NCBI GenBank assembly: GCA_000708835.1
Contig: DF237291.1
Location: forward strand, 35,997 to 99,996
Direction of reading: 5' to 3'
DNA from: Klebsormidium nitens
Taxonomy: Eukaryota; Plantae; Klebsormidiophyceae
DNA: 64,000 nt
Shown: positions 46,534 to 59,439 of the stretch, piece by piece
Numbering within the stretch: the stretch's first letter is position 1
How the letters are laid out: every line of letters begins with the position of its first letter
Translations under genes and position numbers: made by a program
Notes under the pieces: generated by a model
Database searches by the model: none
The model's input: only the letters and a program-made list of their open reading frames with translations
Told to the model about the DNA's origin: nothing

Positions 46534-49369
46534 CTACCTTACAGGTTGCTGATTGTAGTGAGACTTATCCTTACTTTTCGCCTTCGCCAATTTCGCTTTT
46601 CTCTTGGCAGCTTCCTCTATTGCTGCCTTCGCACGAGCAGCAACGCTGTCGCTCTTCTTTGTCGATTTTTGCGACTTGAGCCTTTTCAGCGCCTCTTTGG
46701 GGTCCAACAACGGCCCCTCGTCCGCAGCCTCGACGTCGTCGGATGGCTCGTCCCCCTTGGATTCGCCGTTCGCCGCTGCAAGCAGGGAGCACATGGGGTT
46801 CAGGCGGGGGCTACTCGTCCTCAGCAGGCAATTCCTGCCAACTGTCTCGCTGAAACCATGACAACATTCGCAGAATGTCTGTCTGAGAAACGCCTTCCTA
46901 ATCTGCCAAGGCGGCGAGGCAGCACCTCCAATCGACACTCGCAATCACCAAGGTAAGAAGGCATAGCCTTCACATCCCACATGATCCTGTATGACACTCC
47001 AATTTTATAGCGGACAGGGTAACAGAGCATCTGGTACCTCTCAAATTTGAGACAGATCAATGTGAAGGGGCTTGTGATTAGACTACTTCGCTTTGCTATG
47101 TGACAGTTCGCATTGGCTTCTGCTTGAAAGTCGAGTACGGATCTAGCTTACCCAAATCCCAAAGCTTTTGAATGTTCAATAGCAAGAAACAAGCGGCAAG
47201 GGCAGAATACAATACCCGAACTTGAGACTCGAACTTCCCATGTTAAGTAAGTCAGAGCATAATCAAGATTATGCCCAGCAGGACTCCTTGGCTCAACCTC
47301 ACAAATCAATTTGAATGGAAAGCGATTGGACCAAGCTTCGCTAACAACACCCTAAATCAAGTCATGTACTGCACGTGTGAATCTTGATGCACCTCGCTGA
47401 GTTAAGTGAGACTTTGTGACCAGAACCTCAAAAATACTTGCAGCATGCAGTCCCAGGAACAAGCAACGACTTATCTACTATACACGATACAAGCACTTGC
47501 ACTGCTTGCACGCTTTACCTGTAGCCTCAGCCCCTTCCTCCGCAACCTCGCTCCGATCCTTCTTCTTTTTGCTCTTTTTGCTCTTGGTCCGCGGCAGGCC
47601 CGCCTCCCCCCTGGCCCCGTCGTCCTCTTCCTCCTCGCGCGCTGCGTCCTCCTTGTCCTCCGCCACCGGCCTCAACTCGGGTGCAACACCTGCGCAGGGG
47701 CACCCACCCCCTCAGCAGCAGGCAGGGCACCCGCCAGGGGCGAGGCAAATGCTGGCTGGTGGATACGCAAGGCGATGACCAGACGACACGCAGTAGCAGC
47801 GACATGCTCAGCCAGGTGGATACTGGCCCGCCCCCCGCGTGCCTGCTTGTATTAGTGGCGCGGTGGCTGTGCTCACCGTTGGCCTTGGCCTGGATGCCCA
47901 GCTCCGCCAGCACCTTCTCCAGGTCCTCCATCTCCTTCTTCTTCAGCTCCTTCTTGGACAGCTGCCGCTCCGGCTCCCGCGGCACCGCCACCACGGCGGT
48001 GGCAGCCTCCCGCGGCGCCCCCGCCTCCCCCGCTCCCTCCCCTTGCTCGTCTGCGTCATCGTCTGCGTCAGCGGCCGTTCCCTCGTCGCCGTCGCGCTCA
48101 TCGTCGTGGTCATCTTCCCCGTGCTGCAGCGCCTCAATCTCTTCGTCGCTCTCCTCCTCCGCGGCCTGCCACAAGGCCCACCTCCACACTGAGCAGGCAT
48201 CCACCACAATACCAGCGGGGCTAATAGGTCGCCGCGGGGCAGGGAGACAGGCTTCTAAGACAGACAGTGACACAGGCCAGACAGGCCAACCGGTGAGTCC
48301 TGCTGCTGCAAAACCAGAGCAGAGCACTGGTGCCAAAGTGCACCTTGCTTCCCTGCAATGCACGCTGTTCGCAGTCTGAAGGCCCTGACATGCACACTGA
48401 CTTGTGGGTTGAAACACGTCTAAGACCTTCACGAGCTTCCAACGGTCAAAGGATCAAAAGCTGCTTGTGGCATCCGGTGAGCGTTTGAAACCATTAAGCA
48501 ACAGAGCTGCCTTGGGCCGAGTCACACCTAGTCACTGAGCACAGGGCTGTTCGGAAGCACAACAAGCATAAACCCTTTCAGAACAAGTTGGTTTGCAAGA
48601 GGCACACTCTAAAGCCAGAAATGTTGCTTGCAACCTGGCGGTGCCCCAGTGGCAGCAGCTTAAATAAGGGCACACTGATTCGGCGAGCTTTTTTGAAAGG
48701 AAAGTGAACCAACTACGAATGTTTGGTATCACATGATAACTGACAACTCCGCGTCAATCGGTTCCCCAGCCCGCTTGGAAAGAATTGCTTGTCACCACAA
48801 TGGGTTGCTAGGAACACCTCCAGAGGCAGCAGGGCATTGGGCATCAGCCAGCTGCCCAGACCATCCCGACAATCTGCGCCCACAAGGAGCCGGGAAGATT
48901 CTGGAAACAACCATTGCCAACCTCCCCACAGGCAAAGCCGCCAACACGGAGCCCAGGTTGTTAATGGGTCTATAAAGTTATAACATGACCACCACACTCG
49001 CTGCAACCACATTTGACCTTCTGTAGCCACTGCTTTCCCAGGCACGGGTTTTTTATGAGCCACCGTGACTGCCGTGCGCACCTGTTTGTCCTCCTGTGCT
49101 ACTGTGGCTGTATCGTTACCCCATTGTGGCACCGGCCCTAACCCGCCAAAGTCGTCGTCGTCCTCGCAGTCGGCCCAGGATGCCACCTGGATGGGGGCGG
49201 CCTGCCACACGTCCACGCTGGGGGCGGCGTCTCCCTTGGCCTTCTTGCCATCCTTCTTGGTGGCGCCGTCCTTGGGCTTCTTGCTCTTCTTCTTCTTCTC
49301 AAGCGCAGCAAAAATGTTGCTGCTCGTGATGGTCGCAACAGGGACCTCTTCCCGCTTGCCTCCCACCAT
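46534..49369 (-). CDS. Conserved plant protein of unknown function (Lys/acidic-rich), 4 exons
   Basis: Exons 49369-49082, 48165-47877, 47689-47519, 46775-46534 are phase-compatible. Motifs MVGG..NIFAAL..KKKK, SWADCEDDDDF, PERQLSKKELKKKEMEDLEKVLAELG, C-terminal HYNQQPVR; I recall these from an uncharacterised land-plant family. Confidence 0.8.
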
Positions 49370-50040
49370 GCTAGATTACAGCCACTTAGAAGGGGACCAA
49401 AGGACTTAACGTTGCCTGCTTGTGAAGCTGGACTGCACCAACTAGAGAAACAGAGGGCACAAGTGAAGGCTGTGAAGAGCCAACGTCACCAGGCAAAATT
49501 GATTCTACTCACTTGATACGAACACTAAAGCACGAACAGGCGGCTAGCTCAGCAAGAAGCACCCATTGGCATAAGCGGGTGACTAGGTACCTGGTAGGTA
49601 GCTCCTTCGTGGTGGAGCATAGGTATTCTTCTGTTGTCAAGTTGCGCCGCATGTGAGGCTGCAGCCTGCAGGTCACCTGCAAGATTGCAAATCCACCCGG
49701 TATTTACTACCACGTGTCCAGATCGTAGGTACCGGTACATAGATTTTCGCCGTGCATGTATGGTACCTCGTGCGCCCGGTGTCAGTTTTGACAGTCGCGG
49801 TCAAGTCACCGAGTCGAAACTTCGGCCCCGGGCCGAGCATGTGCCATTGCGCCATGCCATTGCAGTGCAGCACAGTGTACAGATTATGAGCAGGGTAGGT
49901 GTACTGCCAGTGCTAACCAGCCCCACAATCTTCTTCGTGTCTTTCTTTGCAAGTGTTGGAGGGGGACTTCGGAGAGCAGCTTGCACCACGAGGTGTTGGG
50001 TTTGGTTATTTCCTTTGTCCTCTGTCTTTCTCCATTCGTC

Positions 50041-51471
50041 ATGTCCACCCCATCACGCAAACGGTTGATGCGGGATTTCAAGAGGCTCCAAAATGACCCG
50101 CCTGCTGGTATAAGCGGAGCTCCCCAGGACAACAACATCATGCTATGGAATGCGGTCATCTTTGGGTGAGTGATTTTGTGTAATTTTGTGTGAGTGAGTT
50201 AGGTAAGCTAAGGGTATGATGTCATGTATCAGGATTATCGATGTGCCGTCTTTGGAGGTCCCCTGAGCCGTTTTCTGTTCTTCCGTGCAGGCCAGATGAT
50301 ACACCCTGGGATGGAGGTAAGCCTGCCCAGCTGAGAAAGAGTATTAATTTTCAGCGTGCATATGTGGGCCTTGCAAATTAGGATTTGATAAGTTTGTTGA
50401 AAGTCTGGGTGGCACGTTTCTGGCCCGTTGGTATTTGCTGGGTGCGCTTTCGCTTGTGCTGGAACTGACACCTTTACCAATCGCACGCAGGCACATTCAA
50501 GTTGACATTGCAATTCACGGAAGACTACCCCAACAAAGCGCCCACTGTACGCTTTGTATCAAAGATGTTCCATCCAAACAGTAAGTCACACGGGCCAGCC
50601 AAGGCATGGAAGCCAAAGCCTGTACTTTCAAACGCTGAAATTGTCCAGATATCTATTGCTTCTCTTCTCAGCAACGAATCTATCTTCCAGGGTAAGTGTC
50701 CGGCTAGTCGACCGGTTTAGGGTTTTCGACCCCCGTACTTGCCTAAAGTGGTGGCTGGTGTGCGCAGCCGCTGGCGTTCAGCTGTTTGCATCGGAAATTG
50801 TTGTTTGCAAAGCTCTGGAGCTGCAATGACTGACTGGGATGCTCTGAAGTGGGTGTGGCGGTTCTGACTGGTGGAGCTGGAATCAGATCTGTGAGAGGCA
50901 TGTGGTGCACAGGGGCAGCTTCTGGAGCTTTTGATATCCTTGGGCTTGCTGCCTGCCTTTTGTGCTGTTGCTGCAGTTGGGATCCTGATAATCTTCCTCT
51001 GCCTCGCAGTATATGCAGACGGCGGGATCTGCTTAGACATTCTTCAAAATCAATGGAGCCCAATCTACGATGTGTCCGCAATCCTGACTTCAATCCAGGC
51101 AAGCAGACGATCTGGACGAGGGTCCACCTCTTTTATTGGCAGACACTGATGTGTTTCAGTGCAGAGAGCTTGCTTGACCCCAGGAATATAGGGTGCTTTG
51201 CTGTGCTTTCAGTCATCCAATTTTCACAGCTTTAAAAAGTTCATTTGTGTTTTGGGAGGAGTTGTCCAAAGAGCATGGATTGTTGGTTCTCTTCTGCTGT
51301 TCTTTCTTGCTCTTCTTATGTTGACTTACTCCTTTCCTGCAGTCCTTGCTGTGCGATCCAAACCCCAACTCCCCTGCAAATTCTGAGGCTGCTCGATTAT
51401 ACAGCGAGAATCGCCGGGAATACAATCGTCGAGTACGTGAAATCGTAGAGCAAAGTTGGACAGCAGATTAA
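50041..51471 (+). CDS. UBC2: Ubiquitin-conjugating enzyme E2, RAD6/UBC1-2, 5 exons
   Basis: Exons 50041-50165, 50291-50316, 50491-50580, 51010-51098, 51343-51471 give [68 protein letters not shown]. Intron 4 has a GC donor. Confidence 0.97.
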
Positions 51472-53828
51472 ATAAAGGTGGAGGTGAGGCCAGGACATCT
51501 TGCTTGTACAGATTATTGAATGTTGGGATTTCCAACTGGGTGGAGTCCTGCATTGTGTTCTTGTTCGTGTTTCAGCCCTCCTTAAGAGATGATACATGTC
51601 CTTGAGTAATCTATCCTGTCAACAGTTTCTTGAAGATGTAAGTTGGCAATGCCAGTGACATGATAAAGCTGTGATGTGGGCGTCGTTTCAGGGTCTGCAA
51701 TTCGATACTTGTATTGATAGCAAACATTTGCATATGGTAGTCCTTTGCAAGGAGGACTTCCATGTGGGGATGGGAAGGGCAGCGTATGCATATCGTTTTA
51801 TCCCTGCTTGAATCGTACTTATGCTTGGGTAAGTACCTAAGGGACTGAGGCATGATGATTCTTTGCTTCCGATTCTCGAGAGTTCTTTGTGCGTGTGCTT
51901 GTGCTTGTATGCTGATACAGGTTTTTGGACGTGGTAGCTTATGCTTTTCAATCTTGAATGGATTTTGAAAGCCACCTTATGGACTTATGCACGGTAGTTC
52001 TAGAGTTACATCGTCCGCAAGTGACATGCATGGGCTGCGCAGTTTGCATTGGCATGGCGACTTTTTTATACTTGAGCTTTGGCACCATGCATACGACTCT
52101 GCAATCACAAGTTCTGATTAATACGTTTAGTCTTCGATCATATGATTGCATGCACAGTTCTTCATCTCACATGAAATCCATGCGAAATCTATAATTTGCA
52201 AACTATAGATAGTGCTAGCATGCTGCTGTGTAACTTGTTTGATTGTTTGCACTTGTTGGACATGAGTTACTATTGTTATAGTGACGTGCAGCGATTGCGG
52301 CATGCATATCAAAGAACAAGTTTCGTTTCTGAAGCCATACTCTGTATGCCGGGCACATGCAGACTGAGAGTCTAAGCGCAATGATAAAGTAGGAGTTATA
52401 CTATATCCGGGGCCCCATGGCAGCTACAACTTGGGCGCCGTGATGACTCAGATCGATCGTTGTATCTGTCACGGAACACAGCGTCGGCGTCCGATTGACG
52501 TCGATTACGTGCCGTGAGGAGACATGTGGATTGGCTAAGCATTAAAAAGTACATGGTACGGGCAATTCGTAACATGCTAGGTTATAAATGAGTTGCATGT
52601 ATGGAATTCATAGTCATTCATTTTCAGTGGCCGGGGTAGGGCCCCTTCCCTTGGTTAAGGATTGATTGAAAGGACACGATGGATTCTAGGCTGTCGCTCG
52701 GAAAAGTATGGCTGGTATATGGCACATTCTAAACAAGCTGCATTGGAGGTGGCTTGTGCTAACATTCAAGGCAATCTCCACAGCATCCACTTTGTCCGTC
52801 CGAGAGGTGCACTACCCAGTTTGGCGGTGGCTCGTACTTCAGGACTTTTGGATGTCCAAAAGGGTTTCAAGCATGGGCACAAGACAAGTACAGGCAAATG
52901 ACACTACTGATTGGATGATGGCATCGCCGGAGGCGTGGGACATGGTGATGTAAAACAAGAAGGTAACGCTGAAGGCTATAGGGCCGATTAAGTTACTGTC
53001 GTGTTGGTATTGCTGTCGTTGGTTGTCGTTCTCCTACGCCGGTGGCGTTGTCGTACTGGTACAGTGCTTGTTGATGTTGTCTCCTGTTTTCGCCGGTACT
53101 GCTAGCGCTGGGGGTGAGTACTCAAGGTACTCGGGTGCTGGGGTGAACGCTCAAGGCGCTCGGATGCTGGGTGGACACAAGTGTCCGGTGGCGATTTGGT
53201 TAACTTGAATGAAAGTCAAGTTGGAAATGGATGAGCCATTTGCTTAAGTACCCGTGGACTCGTCCAAGCAACTTTGGATGTCCATAAGCATCCTGCAGTT
53301 GGCTGCGCCGCATGCTACAGGGTACGCGACGGTTGGTTACATAACCTGGTGACTGACGGTGACACAACCAGCTCCGAGCTGGGTTACGTCCGATGAGAAC
53401 GTTCGAAAACGTACCCGGTTTCAATTGTTGGAACCTTCCGTGCAATAATTGGATTGTGGATAACATTTTGGACCAATGGATGTCCAGCACGATGTGACCA
53501 TGGTCTAGAGCCAATGCGCGTCGAGTCTACGAGGTTACGATTAGGTGCGCTAACTACGTCGGTTTAAGCTAACTTCCTTTACTAAGTACGACACGACATG
53601 CCACGTGTCTCATGCTGATTCGTTAGGCGACGCGCTACGTTGTGACATATCCTCATTTGAGCCGCCCATGCCGTGGTTACCGTCAATGTTCAATGACATG
53701 TGCAAAGATCATTGGCGTTTGCAAGATAATTCTAATGATGAACGCATGCGCATGAAATCGTCGAGCCTATTCAAATCAATGCGACCCTTGAGTATCCATT
53801 TGCAGACATGGCTACAAACTGCTATCAT

Positions 53829-53882
53829 TATATTGCCCTCATTATATATATTGCCCTCATTATATATATTGCCCTCATTATA
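53829..53882. repeat. 18-bp tandem repeat x3
   Basis: TATATTGCCCTCATTATA repeated three times. Confidence 0.9.
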
Positions 53883-54318
53883 TCATTTGTCATTGCTTGC
53901 AGCAGTCGAAAGTATCGGGCCATGGAATGTGTATGTAAAACCCGAGGCTGCATCTGGAAGGAAACCCACTTGTAGTGGCTGGGGGTCGACAACCTGCCTA
54001 GTTACATCCATCGACTGGGGATACCTTTTATCACTCATCCCGGTGGACAGTACGACGCTTTCCTATACCTATCTATCCATAAGCAGTACTCAACACCGTA
54101 CATAACATGACACGAAAGCATACCCTCTCACTAAGGGGCGTTTGCTGAGCTGCCCTTGCCACACTGGCAGATTGCATCCGCAGGCACTGCGCGAGGATGG
54201 CATCTGACACTGGCGATGTTGCCCGCACAGTGTCGTCTAAGCTTTTCTAGGAGACGGACTCACAGCAACGCTTCCCGCCTCTGCGTGGCAACCCCGCCAA
54301 CAACACACCTGCCGCGCT

Positions 54319-57300
54319 CTAGCCGAGCACGTCCGGCGCCTGCACGCCCAGCTTGAGCAGCGCGGGCAGAGGCCAGCCGTCTAGCGGGTTGCTCATCAGC
54401 AGCTCCAGGCACTTGAGCACGCGCGGGAAGGTCGCGCTGAACTTCTGCGGCACGTCGCGCACGACGGGCACCAGCGCGTCGGCGCGGCACCAGCTCACGA
54501 ACGTGTCCCCGTGGTGGTAGCTCGTCCCCGCGTGCGCGGTGGGCGCGGCCGCGGGGGAGGCCAGCAGCGGGTGGATGAGCGCCATGGTCAGGCTGCCGTC
54601 CTTCTGCTCCTCCTTGTAGATCACGGGCGTGTCGTACCCGGCAGGGCTGCTCAGCAGGACGGTGTCGGGCGTCTCGCCGAGGCAGTCGCGCGCCAGCTTG
54701 CGCGCCAGCGGCAGCGTGTCGGGCCGCTCCTCGCGCAGCAGGTCCAGGCCCGCGTCCAGGCCGCACATGGGCAGCTGCAGGCGGAAGCCCTTGCCCTTGC
54801 GCCGTGTGAGGCACAGCCGCCACGTGCCGTCCCACTGCCGCGCCAGCGCCGCAATGACCAGCACCCGGAACTTGCGCTCCCCAAACTGACGTGCCCTGCA
54901 CCGAGAGAGCAACAACATCAGAGGCGGGCCAGCGCTGCAGGCCTCGCCCAGGCTGGGGGCCCACCGAGCATCTCCCAGCACAGCCCCACTGCCGGAGGTG
55001 GGGCCTCCGCCCAAGGCCGCGGCAGGGGCCCCGGGGGCTGCATGGAGGGGGCGAACAAAAGCAAGGCGAGGGGGCAGCATGAGGGCGAAAAATGGCAGCG
55101 CCGCCACCGCAGTCCCTGTCACCCGCTTAGGTAACGGCACAATGGCAAGTTCTTGTGCGCACGGCATCCACACTCTTGGTCAGCAGACGAGGGTAGAAAG
55201 GCCCGAAGGGTTTGCCGGTGCAGCTTCAGACAGCCGTCTTCCCGCAAGGATCCCAATCCCGATCGAGACTCGCCCCCAGATGAGTATAACCAAAAACGTT
55301 TGGCAGAAAGATCAGGGCGTAACACCCCAATCACACGGACACAGCGGCATACGCCTCACTGGCACAACTCCTTCCCGCTGCTTGCACCGTACACCCTTGG
55401 CACCCTGGCAACCAAATCAGGGAGGGAAAAGTGGTAGGTGCGAACTTGCAATGAGGGCCACTCGCTGCCCTGCAGTGAGTTGAACCCAGCAGACGCTTGG
55501 CACCCTGCACGCTCCAAATAGAAACACTCAGCACTCTCTCAAGCATACAAGGACGTTATTAGGCTTGGAGAGGGTGCAAGCTGCCCCGGGGTGACTCACA
55601 GGGTGGGCACCAGGTTCTGCAGCACCGCCAGCTCTGCGCGCATCACAAGCTCCGCGTCCTTGATGCTGCGCTCCGCCGCCAGCGCCGCCTCGCCGCCCCC
55701 GTCCGCACTGCGGCCGGCTCCCGGGGGCAGGCCCTCACGGTGCATCTCCGTCAAGAAGTCCCGCGCCTGCGCCAGGACCGCGGCGCCCCGCTCCGCCTCC
55801 TTCCCGTCCGCCCCCTCCTCGCCGCCCGTGCGTGCCATCCCAGGGCTGCTGCGGCTCACTTTGGCAGCGAAACCCAGCAGCCCACCCGCCTCCGAGTCAG
55901 GCCCTTCACTGGGCCGGCCCCGCTTCAGGGCCGTACTACCACCGCCGGAGCTGAGCATCAGAAAAGTGTCGGCTGCGGCCCGCTCCCCGTTGGCACCCCC
56001 GGCAGGGTCTGCGCGCAGCGCAGCCAGCAGGCCCCCCTTGCGCTCCGCTGCGTCGTCCCCTTTGATCAGCCCCTCGTCGGCCCCGGCGGGCAGGCTGGGC
56101 GCCTTCTTGAAGCGCAGCTGGTCCGCGCGGCGGCGCTCCTCCGCCCTGTGCCGGTCCGCAGCGCGCAGCGAGTCCAAGAGCTTGGCCATCTTCAACTGGC
56201 TGCGCAGGCTGCTCTCCAGATTCTCCCCATACAGGGGCCCCGCCCCCCCCGCAGTGCCGGCCCCCTTACTGGGCTGTGTGAAGGGCAGCGCCGTTGGCTC
56301 GGGGGCTGCACACAGGCCTCGGGCGGTGGCCAGCTCCTCTTTGAGCGCCTCCAGCTGCGCCTCCCCCCGCGCGCTCAGCTGCTGCACCTTGTCGGCGGCC
56401 CGCTGCGCTGCGGCGATGCTGGCGCGGGCCACGCCCTCCTGGGCGGCCGCCTCGTCGAGGGCGCGACGGGCCGCCCCCTCCGCCGCGGAGGCGTCCTCGC
56501 GGGCAGCATGCGCGCGCCGCAGGTCGGCCTCTGCCTGCGCCTTCAGCCGCAGCGCCTCTGCCTGCGCATCCTCCACTGCCGCCTGCACACACAGCGGGCA
56601 TGTCACGCATCAGCCACCAGAACGAGGGCGACAGAGCCCGGGCCAGCGAGGAGGAGCACGCAGCAGCAAGAGGGCTGCCCATGACCGGCAGGGCTCATCC
56701 GGGAGGCTCCACGCACAGCGCAGAAGGGCGCGGGCGGAGACCCCCTCCACTGAGTCCTCCACCGCACCATGACCAGAGGGGGAACAGGTGGCCACCTGCA
56801 GCGTGCGCGTCAGGTGCGCAAGCCGCTCCGCCGCCACCAGCTGCGCGTCGCTGCCCTGCGGATGCTCCCCGGCGGCGGGGCCGTCGCTGGCGGTTCGCGC
56901 GTGGCCCCAGGTGGGTGCTGCCTCAGGCCGCCCCAGCGTGAGGGCCGCCTGGCCCCCCAGCAGCGGAGCCTCGGCAGGCCGTGCGCGATCCAGCCCAGCG
57001 CTGGCGGTGCGCAGACACACCAGAAAATTGCGTTCCACCTTGCCTCCACTCCCAGAAGGGGGCACGGTTGCGGAGCCAAAATCAGTGCGCGGCCAAGGGG
57101 GGGAGGCTGCCGAGACAGCCGCAGACCCAGCGGCGTCGGTGGGGAGGCCTAGCAACCGGAAGGAAGCATTCAGTGAGCGGACAGCAGAAGAACCAGAAGA
57201 CCGAGGCCCCCGGGGCAGCAAAGGCAGAGCACAAGGGGCACACTGCTGACGGAGAGTGTTCTCAGGAGTGTTCTCAGAGGACTGTACCTGGCTCCTATCT

Positions 57301-58196
57301 GAGCCAGGTAAAGGAGCGCCCTGCTGCTGTCATGGTCACCGTGTGGGCAGCACAGGTTAGTGGCTGCACGGTAAGCCAGGACATGCTCCCGGGTGGAACT
57401 GCTGGCGGACAGGGCCCAGCGGCCAACCCTGGCCGGCAACTTCGCGCATCAAACCCCGCACTAAGTTCGCAGCTAACCAAAGAAAGAGGGCAACGTCGAG
57501 GTATATCGACCATTCATATCCACAAACTGTCCGAATGATTACCTACAATTTCCCAGATGCGGTGCCTTTTCAGGCTAACACCTTGACCACCTTTGCAAGC
57601 TTGCCGCTGCCCCTGACCATCGCGGCCCTTGCCAGGCTGCTCCCCTGCACTGCCCACTCACCTGGGGCGACTCTGTCAGCTTCCGCTGCCAGCTGGCGCA
57701 GCAGCTTGGCGATGATGTCAGCGTCCTGACCGGCCACCAGCTGTGCGACGGCGTACTCGACCTGCGCCTGCACCGGCTCCACCTCTGCGCGCCGCGTCTT
57801 GTGCAGCAGGCGCGCGGCCAGGCCCAGGTGCTGCCCCAGCGCGAGGCCCTCCCCGGTGGCCGCCGCGGCCAGCCGCTCCTTCCAGTACGGCAGCAGGTCG
57901 CTCTTGGTCCCGCACAGGCGGCACAGGTACTGCCCGTCCAGCGCCGGCGCCTCCAGCACCCCCGCGTACCCCTGCTCCACCGCGCACAGCGCGTGCGCAT
58001 AGCGGCTGCACGCGGGCCGCCCACACTGGATGGCCAGCCGCAACTCAGCGGGGCTCACCGCCTGCTGGCAGTGCACACACGTGATGGGGCCGCTCTGGTC
58101 TCCGGTGACCGCAGCCTCCTGAGGCCCAGGAAGCGCAGCAGGCAGTGGGGCCGGCCCCAGCTGCAGCGACAGGCTGGCATCCAGGCCGCTCCCCAT
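54319..58196 (-). CDS. VIN3/OBERON-type PHD finger protein with coiled-coil and a C-terminal Nudix-like domain
   Basis: Exons 58196(?)-57662, 57148-56796, 56582-55600, 54895-54319 (phases 1, 0, 2 compatible). C4HC3: CVHC..CGRPAC..HALC..LDGQYLCRLCG..SDLLPYW. Ala/Glu-rich helical segment follows. 5' end uncertain. Confidence 0.75.
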
Positions 58197-59439
58197 GGGC
58201 AGCACAGGGGGTCCCCTGCAGGAGCTCACAGGGGGGGGGTCCCCAGGCAGGCGGGACGCATTGCAAAGGGCAGCTACGGGAAGAGGGAAAGGCCACGAGG
58301 GAACTCACGCACCCGCCAAGAAAACCAGACTGTGCGGGAAGGGGCAACTGGCAAGGCTAGCGCCAGTTGCAACACGAAAGAAGGATTTGCAACAGCAAAG
58401 TTTCGCTGCCAGAAGTCTGGGCACCTTGAAACCAGTGAAAGCGCCCTGGGCTTAAGAAACACAGAGAGACACAGCGGTGCATTCAGCTAGGTATGCTGCG
58501 GTGAGTCGTGACTGCATGATCGGATTACAGGAACTGGACCCCCGTCTGCGCTAGCTAGGACTAAACCGTAAACGTTTGTTCAGAATCACAGGATTCTCCT
58601 CTCCTCCACGCAACCGTGGCGGCAACGAGGGCGCAGCGCAGCTATTTAAGCTATTAGCTGTGCATGACTCCAAGCACGTCTGCGCACCGTGTTCGCCACC
58701 GGCCGGTATCCTGATTCCTGGACCTAATATAGTACTGAATCCTGATTCCTAGGGCCAATGGGCCATCGCCCATGATGGGGCTACCAGCCTACCCCCGGCT
58801 ACGGTACCGAGTACGGTACGTACATTCGCCAATTTAGGTAAATGCAGCGCGCTAGCTCAGCCTGGGTCACAGTTTCCCTGTCCACCCCCCCTTTCTTGCG
58901 TATACAGTATACAGCATGCTTATAAGCAAACCGCGCTGCATTTTCTGCTGAAATGAACAGATTTTGAAAGCTCTCCGACCCGCCTTCAGAGGGGGGATAC
59001 CCGGGTACCATTCGGCCTTCTCCGCGAACAAGAGGCCGAGGGGGCCCAACATGCAGGCCCCCGAGGGACAGCTAGGCCCAGGGGGCCCGGATTTCATTTC
59101 GAATATTTTCAGCATATGCATGCAAGCTACCTACGCTAATTTGAGGGATATATCAAACGAACAATCTGATTGTACGCATAGGATAATCGTGTCGATGCCC
59201 TATTGGGGGGGGCGCACTTCGACCGGCCGACAAACAGCGCGCGCTAGCGTGTTTGTGTTTTGAGAGAGTACGTACCGGAACGGTATGATTCCAAATAAGA
59301 ACGGTAGGTAATCGTTGTAACGCATAGGACTGGGGACGGTTGCGTCATGGAAACGGGCGCATGTACCGTAGGTACCGAAAGTATCTAGGTAGGTTGGTTG
59401 TAGGTTAACAGTAACCGTACCTCCTACGTATAGGCTATA

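Noticed and set aside
51520-51536. Single ATGTTGGGATTTCCAAC resembling the intron palindrome
   Set aside because: One imperfect copy in a 3' UTR is compatible with chance.
52400-54150. Short ORFs and weak similarity to ~9150-9240 in the UBC2-PHD intergenic region
   Set aside because: Only short word matches (ATTTATAACC..AGCATG); no TIR/TSD or protein motif can be supported.
57288-57294. Possible 7-nt micro-exon (AG-GAGCCAG-GT) in the PHD gene
   Set aside because: The flanking exons already join in phase 1; including it would shift the frame.
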